Positions 12,712 through 24,960 of a stretch of 64,000 nt of DNA are shown here, piece by piece. Below the pieces are notes generated by a model. The model was not told the origin of the DNA and searched no databases. It saw nothing but the letters and a program-made list of their open reading frames with translations. This DNA is from Camelus ferus (taxonomy: Eukaryota). Location: positions 70,124,001 through 70,188,000 of the forward strand of contig NC_045697.1 in NCBI RefSeq assembly GCF_009834535.1, read 5' to 3'. Each line of letters opens with the position of its first letter. Position 1 is the stretch's first letter. Position numbers and translations under genes: made by a program.

Positions 12712-14184
12712 TACTCAATTCTGATTATGGATAAGTAATTAATAAATCATGTTATAGATAAGGAAAGTCTGCTAAATAAGCCTAGGGTTTATTTTTTAAC
12801 CCTTTGGGAGATACAGTTTCATTAAAATATAAAAAGTCTTTTCTTAATATTTATTCTTTTGGTTTCCAAATTTCAAAGCTAACACAATAGGCATTTTTTT
12901 CAGGTCTTGATTTTTATTCTAATATTTCATTATGATGCAAAAAATTATTATCCCAGGAAATGTGTATGGGAAAAGTATGAATGAAAATGAAATGAATTCC
13001 TTCTTTATCTCGATGTAAAAGCAAATAATAAATTTCCTAAAAATATTAACTGAATGAAAACGTACCAAAATAAATGTAACACAAACAATTTAACAAATAA
13101 AATATTGTTTGTTTGATATTATATTAATTAGGGTCATATTAACCTGTAGTTTGGTAAAATGAAAAGGGAAAATAATTCAATACATATTGTTCCCAGCGAT
13201 GCTACCAGAAAGGTCAGTGGATCCCTAGGGGCACAGACCTCAGGTTCTCACGTTGGACTCGAGTCTGGATCGGGCAGGTCTCTGTTTCCCAAATGACTAT
13301 TAATAGTGTTGCCAACCGCGGCACTTTCCTTCATTCACTCAGCACTTTCTGTCACTCATGAATAATACTCCCCAACAGAAAAACACTGCTGGACCAAGTG
13401 TGTTAAAAACTCTTCACCGAATAGAACACGTGCGCTCGATACCGAAAGGGAAACTAAGGGCGATGCGAGCCCGCAGTAAACGCCCTCCGGTCTGAGGGTC
13501 CGGAGCTACGAGCAGGGTGCAATTGTCTCATGCTCTCTGTGAGCAGTCGAGTGTGAGGCTGAAACTTGATGCATTTTAAGCCAGAGAGAAATCAAGAGAG
13601 AAAGCATGGGTAGGCGGGGCGGCAGGGGGAGGAAGGGAAAGAGGGAGGGAAGCGTTTGTGAAATGGTGCTGGTTATGGAAATTTTCGTCTCATCTCATTC
13701 ATTACTCTGATGATGATGATAATAACTGTCAGTCATTGTGCTGGGTGTGGGGAGTACAAGGATCAACGATGAACAAGACATTTGCAACTTAGAGCTTAGT
13801 GATTAAACAGACAATAAACAAGTAAGCAAAAAATAAAATTTCAGATAATCCTGCGAAGGGAAAACAACTGTGTAATCAAAAAGCAACTGTGTAATTGAAT
13901 GGCACAAAATAGGGTGCTTCCCATGGGACTGTCAGGGAAGGCCTTTCTAGGGGGTGAGAGTTAGACTGAATCCTGAAGGGGGGAGAAGACGTCGGCCACT
14001 AGAAGCACTCCCCATGCCAAAGCCAGAGGGCTCGGGAGAGACAGGAGTAGGGAGGAATGCAGGAAGAGACGGGATCGTGGGCTGCAGGGTAAGTCATGGT
14101 GGGGAGGCTGTCCTTTATGGCAGGGATGATGACAAGGCCCCTGAAGCGCTTAAGTAAAGGAGAAAGGATCTGCATATTTTATTT

Positions 14185-14333
14185 TAAGTTTTTTTTAAAA
14201 AAAATTTTCTTTTGGTGGGGAGGTAATTAGGTTTTTATTTATCTGTTTATTTTAATGGAGGTAATGGACATTCAATCAACCCAGACCCTCATGCAAGCTA
14301 AGCACACGCTCTACCACTGAGCTATATCCTCCC
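14185..14333 (-). mobile_element. tRNA-derived SINE (vic-1-like), long-tail form
   Basis: Reverse strand GGGAGGATATAGCTCAGTGGTAGAGCG...CCTCCATTAAAATAAA...CCTAATTACCTCCCC; B box degraded. Confidence 0.9.
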
Positions 14334-14364
14334 TAGGGCCTCTTGAATTTAAAACAAACATTCT

Positions 14365-14472
14365 GGGGGTAGGCTAATAGCTCAGTGGTAGAGCGCATGC
14401 TTACAATGCATGAGGTCCTAGGTTCAATCCCTGGTACCTCCATTAAAAAATATATATATAGAAAAAAATAAA
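14365..14472 (+). mobile_element. tRNA-derived SINE (vic-1-like), short-tail form
   Basis: TAGCTCAGTGGTAGAGCGCATGC...GGTTCAATCCCTGGTACCTCCATTAAAAAA. Confidence 0.92.
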
Positions 14473-15173
14473 TGAAATGAACATGCCAGCTGCCTTGTGG
14501 AGAATGGATTGGGAAGGGGTATGGTTGAAAGGGAGAGCACTAGTTAGAAAGCTGATGTAGATGAGGATATTGCAAGAATTAAGAACGCTCTAATACATTA
14601 AGACTCTGGACTAGTTCATGAGAGGATGAGATATTATCTTTTCATGTCATTGTCCTCCAAGCCTATGATTTTTATAAGCTTTACATGTATCTATTAATAT
14701 TTTCAACTTGCAACCTTTGAATAATTTAAAAAAAAATCTATTTCTTGGTGTGGATACATTTTTATAAGCTAGATATAGACAGTACATCCACAAAGATCAT
14801 ATTGTTAAAGACCTAAGCATTTACACCAACATCAGACAAACAATTCCTCCTTAACTTGTCCACATCCTGCAGCATATTAAAGACGTTAATTGTATTTCCT
14901 TTCAACCTTGATCTTCCTAAGTTGAAAAAAATATCTGTCTCTTATAGATGCCCCTTTATTATTATATCTATTTTCAGTCCTCTTGCCTCTCTGTTTTCCT
15001 AAATTGACTAGTGGATTTCTTTGTAATGTAGAGTTAGCACTGCATCTGAAAAGCCAAACGTGAATACTATGATTTCATTTCCTTTAGAGCACATTTTTAC
15101 CTTGTTTTGTCATTTGTGTTATGCTTAAATGGGTTAGGAGTTTGTTTCAGCAAGAAACCATGAAACACATTTC

Positions 15174-15260
15174 GTGCGTGTGTGTGTATGTGTGTGTTTG
15201 TGAGTATATGTGTGCATGTGAGTGTGTGTATGTGTATATATGTGTGTGTATATGGGTGTG
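15174..15260. repeat. Imperfect (TG)n/(TA)n microsatellite
   Basis: Alternating purine-pyrimidine tract. Confidence 0.85.
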
Positions 15261-16339
15261 TAGGTCAAGAGGAGTGAAAAGAAGAAGTGACATTGGATCA
15301 AAGCTTAAAAAGGAGTTGGAGGTGAAAGGCCAGGAGATAGAGAGCATTCCAGATCATGAGAATAGCACAGGGAGAAGGAATGACCCTGGAGCAAGAAAGA
15401 ACAAGCCCCCCCCCCCCCAAGCAAATAAAATGCGTCTAGAGCTAAGCCTGCAACGTGGAAGCAACAAGTGTGAGATGGGAGAGGCCACCAGTACAGGACT
15501 TCAGAGGGGGTCGGGGGAAGAACCATCACCTCCGGAGGGAGGGGAAGCCCAAAGGGAGGAAAAGGAAGGCCCAGCCCAGGAGGCACCCCTGGATTCTCTG
15601 GAGTCTTCCAGACAGGAACTGAGGCCGGGACAGACGTCTGGTGGGAGTCCCGATAACTCAGGCAGCATCTGAGATGGGAGGTCTCTTGTGATTGCTCATA
15701 TCAGACGCCGTCACCTTCACAAAAGTGCTGGACGGGGAGGACTGGGTGCATCTAGGGAGGGACACTGAGAGGCAGGGTGGCATGTGAACTGAGAGGATGA
15801 GGCGGTAGGTTCACACAGGAGTCTTCAGACAAGAGCGTCAAGAGAATCATGCAGGAGTGAAGACATGTTGCAAATAAGACTCAGGAGCTAAACCCACAAA
15901 CTCTGGACATGCATCCCTTCATGTAGGGCCCTGAGCTTCTTGCCAGAAGAGTAGCTTCTTAGAAAGTGCCCCACCCCTAGACCAGATAAGATGAGCAAGA
16001 GGAAGCCAATATGTTAGAAAATAATTTCGCAAAAACAAAGCAGAAATGTAGATACCCCTGGGGCCTAAAGTTGGAGCAGACCTGGGGTAGTCAGACTGGA
16101 TGCTGGTGCCCTTACTTGAGGGGCATTTGTATGACACAATTAAGACCAATACCTATTAAAACTCTACAGGAAAAATGAGTTTGAGCTGTACAGACAAACA
16201 GAAATAAACTTCATGGCAGTAGTTGAAGCTAGAGTAATAGGATACAAGGGCAGGTATTTGATGATTATAAGGTGATACTGACAAAGGGTCTGCACTGACC
16301 CACCTTTAAGGCGACGTGGGAGACATGTACTCAGTACTA

Positions 16340-16548
16340 TTTATTGAGCATTTACTCTGTAGTGGGAATTTTAAAGAGGTGATCTCATGTAGCTCTGAAA
16401 ACAACCAGAAAAGCTAGGAATCGGCTTCCACATCAAACATAAGAGTGGCTGAGACTCAGAGTAGTTTTTCCAGTGGGGGGGGGATTGGTAATGATCAAGA
16501 GATTTGCTATTTGAAGCCTGGTCTGTCTGACTCCAGTCCACAGGGTCT
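16340..16548 (-). mobile_element. MIR SINE
   Basis: TTTATTGAGCATTTACT and ATTTGAAGCCTGGTCTGTCTGACTCCA. Confidence 0.6.
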
Positions 16549-16739
16549 TGCTTCTGCCCCAGCTGCCGCCAAATTGACAGAACCAAAAGAATTCTCATTT
16601 CTTTCTCTTCTGATTCCTTAATGCCAAGTCTGCTAAAACGTATCTTTATTAATTAACGTTTCTCCCAAATCGGCTTCTCATATGTTTTCTCTCTGTGGCT
16701 CCCTTGGCATTCATCCCATTTAGTCAGGCTTGACCCCTT

Positions 16740-17520
16740 TCTTCCACTCATCCCCCGCCTCCAATCTGTTCACAAGTTCTGGCAATTCTAATCCTGTCTT
16801 CATTTTCACAGTCCCCTATCTCTGCCCGACAGGACACCTAACGCCATGCCTCACTACTTCTAGATGCCCAGGTTGAAATAACCTCCAAAATGGCCCCCGA
16901 TGATCCCTGCCTGCTGCTAATTACACGTTTGAGTCACCCCCTCTCCTTGCATGTGAACTGGGTTTGGCAGCTCACTTTGAATGAATAGAGTAATACAGCA
17001 CATGGGGAGGGAAATCACTTCTGAGGCTAGGCTACGAAAAGACCAGTTTCCGTCTAGCTTGCCCTGGCTTGCTCTCTCCCATGCTCGCTTTGATGGATGC
17101 TGGCTGCCGTGTTATGGGCAGCCCTATGGAAAGGCTCATGTGGCAAGGAAGAGGGGGAGGTCTCTGGCCAATGGCATCGAGAAACTGAGGTTCCCAGTCC
17201 AAAGATCTATGAAGACCTGAAAGGATAACAGGTCTATAACTGTGCCCAGACTTCTGACCCACAGAAACTATAAGATAATGAATGCTTGCTGTTTTAAGCT
17301 GCTATATTTTGGGATGATTTGTCATGCAGCAATAGATAACTAGCGTACTTCCTAATGGGTATTCCCAAATCTGGGAGTGGATTGTTAGTTAGCTTTTCTG
17401 CTGCCAAGTTAACCTTTCAGAAATATTGTTCTGATTATGTCATTCCCATGTTCAAAAACTTTCAATGATCCTCATTTGCCTTCAGAAAATATCTAAGCTT
17501 CTCAGCTTGGCAAGGATGGT
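16740..17520 (+). mobile_element. L2 fragment split by an MLT1F-like LTR
   Basis: Left part CCAATCTGTTCACAAGTTCTGGCAATTCTA; right part CTGATTATGTCATTCCCATGTTCAAAAACTTTCAATG. Confidence 0.6.
16866..17347 (+). mobile_element. MLT1F-like LTR
   Basis: CCTCCAAAATGGCCCCCGATGATCCCTGCCT, GCCCTATGGAAAGGCTCATGTGGCAAGGAA, CTGACCCACAGAAACT and TTGTCATGCAGCAATAGATAACTA. Confidence 0.85.
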
Positions 17521-17964
17521 GCTTTATCACTGAGTCACAGTACACCTGTTAATAATTAATTGAGGATTATTTCATAGTTGAAGGCAATAATGTATAGTTG
17601 AGATATCAACTGAGGCTGCTCTGTCCCTTAAAGGCTAAATAAGATTGACTGCTACCCGTTTTTGTGGAAAATCCAACATCCTTCCCAAGATTCCTATTGA
17701 TTCCTGGTGGGTTTGTGTTCTCACAATCACCTCTGGCTTCATTCTGCTTCTGCTGAACTAACTCAATGTAAGGATTACCTCTCCATCCCCACCCCCATTA
17801 CTGTTCCACATCACATCAGCCCAGATGTGGAACCCAGTCCATTTCCTTGACACGACCACACACATACATACATCATACAAGGCTGTTGTGGTAAAGCATA
17901 TTTTACCAAATTTTGAGGATTTGACTCAGCTCAAATAACTTAAATGGACTATAATATATTTCTA

Positions 17965-18212
17965 TTAAAACATTTTTGGAAGGCAGAAAATATAAGTTAA
18001 TTTTGATTTATATTTGCATAAACAATGGAAAGAAATACTAGAAACTAAAAGAGAAGTTACCTGATGGGGGTGGTGGGGATGAGTTTTGGGTATAATGGGA
18101 TGGGTAGGGACAAAATTTGAACTAAGACATTTCACTGTGCCCTTTATGATATTTTGATTTATGGACCATGTAAATGGTTTTATTTTTTGAGAAAATGAAA
18201 ATTAAAAAATAA
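17965..18212 (+). mobile_element. Ancient L1ME 3'UTR fragment
   Basis: GGAAAGAAATACTAGAAACT..GTTACCT..GGGG, AGACATTTCACTGT and ACCATGTAAATG, then an A-rich end. Confidence 0.55.
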
Positions 18213-18215
18213 ATT

Positions 18216-18352
18216 GAGGAGGGTATAGCTCAGTGGCCGAGTGCATGCCTAGCATGCATGAGGTCCTGGGTTCAATCCCCTGTACCTCCATTAAAGATAA
18301 ATAAATAAAAACCTAATTACCTCCCCTCAAAATAAAAAAAATTAAAATTAAA
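18216..18352 (+). mobile_element. tRNA-derived SINE (vic-1-like), long-tail form
   Basis: GAGGGTATAGCTCAGTGG..GCATGAGGTCCTGGGTTCAATCCCC..ACCTAATTACCTCCCC + A tail; sits in the A-rich tail of an old L1. Confidence 0.95.
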
Positions 18353-18939
18353 TTAATAAATTATTGAGATGCCCTCCATTGGGAATTTCTCAGCGGCTGG
18401 ATTCTGCATGATCCTCTCCCCTCCCATTTCTTCTCCTTATATACTCCCTCCAGGGTTGAATCTTTCCTGCTCCAGTCTAGAGTTTTCTCACTCTTAACTC
18501 AAAACACCCTTTTGTCCTGACTCTCCAATTCAGCTCCAGCCCCACTTTTCCATATTAAAAAATTCATAAAAATGCTTATATGAACAAAGTACAAAGGGAG
18601 ACCTAGGAGTGGTACTTTTAAATGCAATTCCTTCTATCCTAATCCGTCCATTAGGATACAGAAGAAGATGAGAGTGGGGAGGAATTGTCAATGAGGCTCT
18701 GATATCACAGAGAAGTTGGAAGGGAGGAAACCCTGAGGGTTTTGAAAAGATATTAAAGGCAAACTGTGTTTAGTAAATAACTTTGGTTGAGACCAAGATG
18801 ACTGTATTCTGTAGCCTTCTCATGCCGACTTTGTGCGGTATGTGTGTCCTGTTAATAAAACTTAAATTGTCTCTGATGAAATATGTTGTCTAAGTGACTT
18901 CCAATTCTACAGTGTAACTTTAAAACATGAGAATTTGTT

Positions 18940-19667
18940 TTAACTGAGCAAAAATTTGAACTAGCACTTGATGCAAGACAATATAAAAATGGCCAGTAAA
19001 CATATGAATGTGCTAAATTTCATTGGCCATTAGGGCAATGCTAATTAAAACCACAATGAGATCCACTATACACATATCAGAATGGCTAAAATGTAACAGG
19101 CAGTATGAAGTGTTGCCGGGGTTGCAGAGAAAGACCAGTGGAAGTGCAAATTGTAGGACCACTTTGGAAAACTGGCAGCACCTGCTAAAGCTGAGCTTCC
19201 ACATCACATGACTACTTCGACCCAGCTATTTCACTCCTAGGTAGATTCTAAACAGATACATGTACATATGTCCCCAAACCTGGAATCTTCTCAAAATGCC
19301 CGTCAGTAGTAGAGTAGATACATTGTAGATGATTCGTGCAATGGAAGACTATCCCATGTCAAGAATGAGCAAGCCCAGTGTTACGCAGAAGAAGCCAGAA
19401 ACAAAGGTCTTCACACTCCATGATTCCATTTCCAAGAAATTGAAAATCAGCGAAACTAATGTTTGAGAAGTCAAGATAGTGGTTGCTTTTGCAGAGTAGA
19501 TAGTGACTGGGAAGAGGGGATAAAAGGAGATTTCTGGAATCCTTGCTGTGGTCTCTTTCTTGCTTTGGGTGCAGTTTGCATGGATGTGTTCACACTGTGA
19601 AGATTTATCAAACTGAACCCTTAAAATTTATGTACTTTATCTGTACATGTGTTATACAAACAGTAAG
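18940..19667 (+). mobile_element. Ancient L1ME (ORF2 end + 3'UTR)
   Basis: ORF 19023-19211 (MAIRAMLIKTTMR..TTLENWQ) resembles L1 ORF2 IREMQIKTTMR; 3'UTR motifs ATGATTCCATTT, GAAGTCAAGATAGTGGTT and GTGTTCACACTGTGAA. Confidence 0.85.
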
Positions 19668-19976
19668 ATCCACCCCAATGAAAAGTTTTTAAAAAGACCT
19701 TATGGGCAAGCTTATTTTTCGTATTATTTATCCATAGGTTAAAAACTTCTCATCCCAACCATAAGTTCCACAGAGATTTTTGTCAATTTTGTGCATAAAT
19801 ATTTATTGTGTAAATTAATGAAGGAATTAAACCCAGGTATTAATACCAAAAGATAGCCAATGACTGTCTTTAGGTATTAAAAGTGGATTCTGGTCTAGAT
19901 ATTTGAAATTCTAGGTATCAAAAAATCACCTGGACACATTGATGAACTTTTCAGAGTATGTGGAATATTTGGGGAG

Positions 19977-20227
19977 ACAGCATAGCTGAACACTTAAAAG
20001 CTTGTGATCAAGGAATTAATCCAAATTCCAGCCCTGCGGCTCATTAGCTGTGTGGCTTTGAACCAGTTATTTAACCTTTCCTAGCCTCAGTGTCTTCATT
20101 CAATAAATGGAAATAATTACACAAACCACTCCATGGAGTTGGTGGGATGAGTTAATGAGAGTATGTCTGTAAAACTAGCACACTGCCTGACATATCAGAA
20201 GTGCTCCATAAATGTTTTCTATTATTG
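19977..20227 (+). mobile_element. Near full-length MIR
   Basis: ACAGCATAGC, TTAGCTGTGTGGCTTTG..AGTTATTTAACCT..GCCTCAG and TGCCTGACAT..GTGCTCCATAAATG..TATTATT. Confidence 0.85.
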
Positions 20228-20374
20228 CTTCAAGTAATAGTTAATTTATTTATAATTTCTATGTCATGGGGATGGTATTTCAAAATTTTATCTCATGTTA
20301 AATTCAATTATAATTTTGTATATAATTTGAAACAGTTAAGCCCTCAATTCCACTGATTATTTTTATTTTGCTCC

Positions 20375-20910
20375 TTAGCAAGCTGTGTGACCTCAGGTAG
20401 GTCACTTCACCTTTCTGAACCTCATTTTCCTCAGGCATCAAATGAGCAAACTAAAATGAACAACCCCAGATTAAAGGTCCTGGTAATGTTGACATTCTGT
20501 ACATCCATGTTTTGGCTTCTATACCTTCCTAACTGTATCCCACCACATCTCCCACACCCCTACACACATCTCATGTGTTAATCAAAAAGAACAGCTCACA
20601 GTTCCAGGATTCTTCCATTCTCCCCCACCTGCATGCCTATGCTTTTATCTCAACAGATCCATACCTGTTCAGAATGCCTCTTCCTTCAGCAGACTCTCCT
20701 CAGTTTCATCCTTTTGGATATCATCTCCCTCCCCTCTGAAATCCTGGAATGTTTAATCTATATGTCTCTTGCGGTAACATCATTCTCTACCTTATATTTT
20801 AATTATTTGTTTACATTTTGTCTGTTTCAGACTCTGAGCTCTTTTGAGAGAAAGGTACTTGCATTGCTTCAATATACTTTTTCCATCAGAAATGTTGATC
20901 AAGAATATGT
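20375..20910 (+). mobile_element. MIR3-like fragment followed by an L2 fragment
   Basis: AGCTGTGTGACCTCAGGTAGGTCACTTCACCTTTCTGAACCTCA; later TATTTTAATTATTTGTTTACAT..AGACTCTGAGCTCTTTTGAG. Confidence 0.6.
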
Positions 20911-21924
20911 TAAGCTAATTCATTTAAGAATGTTAATACTATCAAGCCACACCTACATCACAAAAGAAATCTAATACTGAAATTTCTTTAAAACCTCTGA
21001 ATCAAATGATCAAGAAGTCATTATTTTGTAGCTCAATATGTTCCTATATCAACATTTGTCATAAGACAACTAAATCAATTGAGCCTGGTAATTACTATAC
21101 CATGGGATTTAATCTGGAGAGAAGGACCATAAATGTCTAAGAAAGTGTGTGTTTGTTTCTGAGACTGAACTGCACTCCCTTCCTAAGTAGGGCAGCAGGG
21201 ATGTGGCAGAAGAGCTGACTCTGTTTGTCTCACGTTGGTCTTCTTTCTCTGTCTGGCCTCCCTCCTGGATGGAACAGATGCAAACGAAAGGCTTTGCACA
21301 GTTATAGCTAAGTCGGGAGAACCATCCCCAGGGAGGGTTCAGTAAACCTTCATTAGTTGCTAACTATCTTTTGCAGGTTGCTGCTAAATTAAGTTCTGCA
21401 GATTAGTGGCTTTCAGTCTTTCCATGCATGAAGCAGACTGTTCTTGCTCCTGTGAGTAATCCCTAAGGAAGTCAGAGCCGTGATGATCCAAGCGGGGGTG
21501 AGAGCTAAACTCAAGACTGGAGGGTTTTCAGGGTAATGGTTTTTCTTTTTTTTTTAATGTCACAATGTAACATAATGGTGTACAATGCTGGCAGGTATTA
21601 AAACGCAGGCATCTTTCAAACAAGAACCTTTACAAGACGATTTACAAAGAAAAGGCAGATGTCTACTGCATCTGCAAAGACATTATGACAGTTGTCAATC
21701 AGCCACAAAGACCAGAGGGTAACTGAGAACCTCCTCCCCCGCTTCTCTCCGATTTCACTCTATCTGGAAAGATAAATGTCAGACCTCCTGATCGGGGGGA
21801 GTTTCTTTGATTCACAGCAGAACTTTATCTTGTGGTGAATCATAGTTACATTGTCAAGAAAGAAGAATGATATATACTCAGACACTGAGATTTGCTGAAT
21901 TTGTTAAAAGGCATTTCAACTTTG

Positions 21925-22185
21925 AGTTCAGCCTTACTGTAAAGCAACCTGGAAATAAGTATTCAGAGTTTTAAAATGTGCCTGTCCTTCAACCAAGAAA
22001 TCACACTTCTGGAAATTTAACTTAAAGAAGCAGTTTAAGATTTTTCCAAATATGTACCTCTACAAATATTTGCATGAGAATGATTTGTAAGAGTGAAGAG
22101 TCAGGAATAACCTAAATGCCCAACAATAGAGGATTGGTTAAATCAGTTGTAGTCCAGCCATATGCTTGAGTATTATTCAACTCTT
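21925..22185 (+). mobile_element. Ancient L1ME ORF2 3' fragment
   Basis: CCTTCAACCAAGAAATCACACTTCTGGAAATTTA and AACCTAAATGCCCAACAATAGAGGATTGGTTAAAT. Confidence 0.7.
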
Positions 22186-23286
22186 TGGATATGGAACCTG
22201 GTGTGGTAGTAAAGTCAGATTCCATGCAACTGAATTTAAAAAGGTCATCTTGCTTCCTCTGCTGAGCCACACAACTCTGAACAACAGGGAAGGCGGGGGA
22301 GGAAGAAAAGGAGAAAAAAAAAGGGTCCACTATATTTAGATTTTACCCTGATGGTGATCAGAGCCAGGAATCCTACAAACATCCTCCATACAGGTGGCAT
22401 CAATATCCAGGATAGAAAGCCCTCTCTGGGCACAGGGTGTACTGCAGCCTGGGTGTTATGCCGTTTCTGCACAGGGCCTTGTTTCCCTCTTCTTTGTCTT
22501 CATTTCCTCGTCTTCCCGTGCAAGGCAGTTTCAGTGACTGAAAAATCTTTCTTGACCGCTATGGCTGGTTCTGTGCTACGGACAAGGCTGACACACAGGG
22601 GTAAGCAAGATGGCTTAACTCTAGAGATGGGCGTTACAAAGAAAGAGCAGATGCCCCAGAGAGGCTTTCTCTGGAAAAGCCGTCCACCTGACAGAGAGGT
22701 GTTCAGCATTTGCCGCCTGTTCAAGCCTGCTGTTTTTTGTTGTATCCCTGCAGTTCTTCAAATCTGTGGAGTTGTCACCTGTTTCTAGCCTACAGGGTGG
22801 CAGGCCCCACCCCCACGACCAGCGTGCTGATGAATGAGTGCCTTCCTCTGTGGGCACTCCTCCCAGGAGCCTTACACCACGATGAGACCGATTAGCAGAC
22901 GTGTCTGTTGGCCGCTTTGTTGACTACTTCTCTGCCAGGTTGGAGACCTCCATTTGGGAACGTTCTATCCTGGCATGAATGAACGTTTGCTCGCCTCTCC
23001 CCATAGCCCAGTATACATGTCTGTTCCCACATCACACATAGTTTCACAGCTGGGTTGCTATGATAATGATAGAGAATTATTTCTGATCTAAATTAGTATT
23101 ACTATTTGCCTACAATCTCTTCTTTGAACGATTTTTTTTTTTTTTTAAGAAAAGAGGGGCTCAAATAGCTAATCTTCAACTATGCAAATCTGGATGTAAA
23201 GAGCTTCAGAAAAAAGCAGTTTTGCACATTCAGAGAACTTGGAAATAAAAGTTTGTATTATTTGTACTATAAAAATACTTTTCTCC

Positions 23287-23724
23287 AATAGACTCCCAGA
23301 CAGAGAATACAGACTTGTGGTTACCGGAGGGTGGAGGGTGGGAAAGGATAGCCTGGGACTTCAAAATTGTAGAATAGATAAACAAGATTACACTGTATAG
23401 CACAGGGAAATATACATAAAATGTTATGATAACTCACAGAGAAAAAAATGTGACAATGAGTATGTATATGTCCATGAATGACTGAAAAATTGTGCTGAAC
23501 ACTGGAATTTGACACATTGTAAAATGATTTTAAATCAATAAAAAATGTTAAAAAAAAAAAAAATTAACATCCCTCATCTCCCTAATCATTCCCTTTATAA
23601 CCTGAAACCCTACACTACAGAGCCATTCCTTTGAGTTAAACAAAACTCTGTTTTTGAATGGAAATATTTCTGGGAGGGGAAGTCATTTAGCCATTAAAAT
23701 GCTCTATTTGAAAAAAAAAAAAAA
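23287..23724 (+). mobile_element. Young 5'-truncated L1 3'UTR with a 147-bp 3' transduction
   Basis: L1 3'UTR 23287-23549 with AATAAA at 23537; A14 at 23550-23563; non-L1 segment 23564-23710 with ATTAAA at 23693; second A14; perfect TSD AAAAATACTTTTCTCC at 23271-23286 and 23720-23735. Confidence 0.92.
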
Positions 23725-23984
23725 TACTTTTCTCCCACAATATAACTCTAGAAATCCTTCACTCAGATCATTTACGACGATATAAATGGGACTAAAAGTA
23801 CCAGCCTCTGGCTTATTCTATCCTCCAGTTCTCAAAAGTACCTGTTCATTAATGCCTCAGCCTCAAATCATTTATTAGCATATGAAAACACTGGCCAGGT
23901 TCAAATCCTCAAAGTCTTCTGAAATGCAAATGCAACTATAAAACCCAAAGTCAGCTTAATTTATTAGTGATCATGATCTGCTGG

Positions 23985-24960
23985 TTTCATTCCATTCTAT
24001 TCAATTCAACAAACAGAATGTGCTGTGCCAGACACCCCTACGGAGGGGGACAAAGATGCCCTCAAACCCCTGAAGGTCTCCTGGGAATGACTGGAGCACA
24101 AACAGATCATTTCAACCTGATGCCAGAGTGCTCCGGCTGCTCTTCACCCTGGTTGTTATGGGAACATAGAGTGGGAACATTTTACTAGTCTGCAGTTTGA
24201 AGATCTGGAGGAAATGTCCACAGAACTAAGATGTGAGAGATGTGTAGAAGTTGATCAGGCCAGTGATGAGGATGGAGCTCCACATTCTAGCAAAGGAGTT
24301 TACCCCTGTGTGTGAAGTATGAGTGAGGGAATGACAGTCAGTGAGGCTAGAGAAGTTTTAAGTTGACCATAAATCATTACTAGGGTCAACCGTTTTGATC
24401 TACAGAAATAACAATTTCATATGGCTCCGTCTATCAATGGAGGTCAGTGCCAGACAACTTTGCATTAATACCAGGTTGGAGAATTTGCATTTTATCTTGC
24501 TTGGGGTGGGGAAGTAATAAAGAATTGTATGTAGATGAATTTCTAGTTCAGATTTTAGAAAGACCATTCTTGTTTCCTCCTGTCTGGCAGTAGTCCGGGT
24601 AAGAGACAGTAGAGGTCTGGACTAAGACTGAGATACTAATGCAGAGGCACAATTAGAACATGTAATCACAAGATAAAATCTGTTGGAGCTGGGGACTGAT
24701 TTTTGGTGGGAGAAGAAGAGAGAGAAGAAAGTCTCAGGTTTCTGGTTTGTTTCACTAGAAGGAAATTGGAGCCATTAACTCATATGAAAAAAAGAGAAAA
24801 GAAGAAGGTTTGGGGTGAAAACAATGAGTTTGGGATATATTGATTATAAAGTGCTTGAGATAGTTATCCAGAAGGCGACTGAACATAGGAGTCTATTCCA
24901 GGGAGGATTCTGAACTAGAACTGGGGATCTGGGAATCGTCAGATCATCAAGGGGAGGGGG
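23985..24960 (-). mobile_element. L2 LINE fragments
   Basis: TTCATTCCATTCTATTCAATTCAACAAAC..TGTGCCAGACAC; TCAGATTTTAGAAAGACCATTCT; TCTCAGGTTTCTGGTTTG. Confidence 0.7.
24358..24434. mobile_element. MADE2-like mariner MITE (~80 bp) nested in L2
   Basis: TAAGTTGACCATA...TTTTGATCTACAGAAATAACAATTTCATATGG..CTA resembles the recalled MADE2 consensus. Confidence 0.65.

Larger units (their letters stand above)
13720..14560 (-). mobile_element. L2 LINE fragment interrupted by two SINEs
   Basis: CATTGTGCTGGG..GATGAACAAGACA, AGACAATAAACAAGTAA, GTCAGGGAAGGCCT; resumes TGTGGAGAATGGATTG after the SINEs. Confidence 0.65.

Noticed and set aside
12780..13250. AT-rich tract, possibly a Charlie-type DNA transposon remnant
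   Set aside because: Too degraded to assign a family or boundaries by eye
15121..15672. Longest ORF (183 aa)
   Set aside because: The N-terminal part is a translated (TG)n microsatellite and the rest is purine-rich low complexity; no recognisable domain
18216..18290. tRNA genes (here and at the six other A/B-box copies)
   Set aside because: A-rich tails, TSDs and mutual divergence identify them as tRNA-derived SINEs
21377..21451. Possible exon (TTTTGCAG ... GTGAGT)
   Set aside because: Stops in all three frames and no partner exons; a non-coding exon cannot be supported without RNA data
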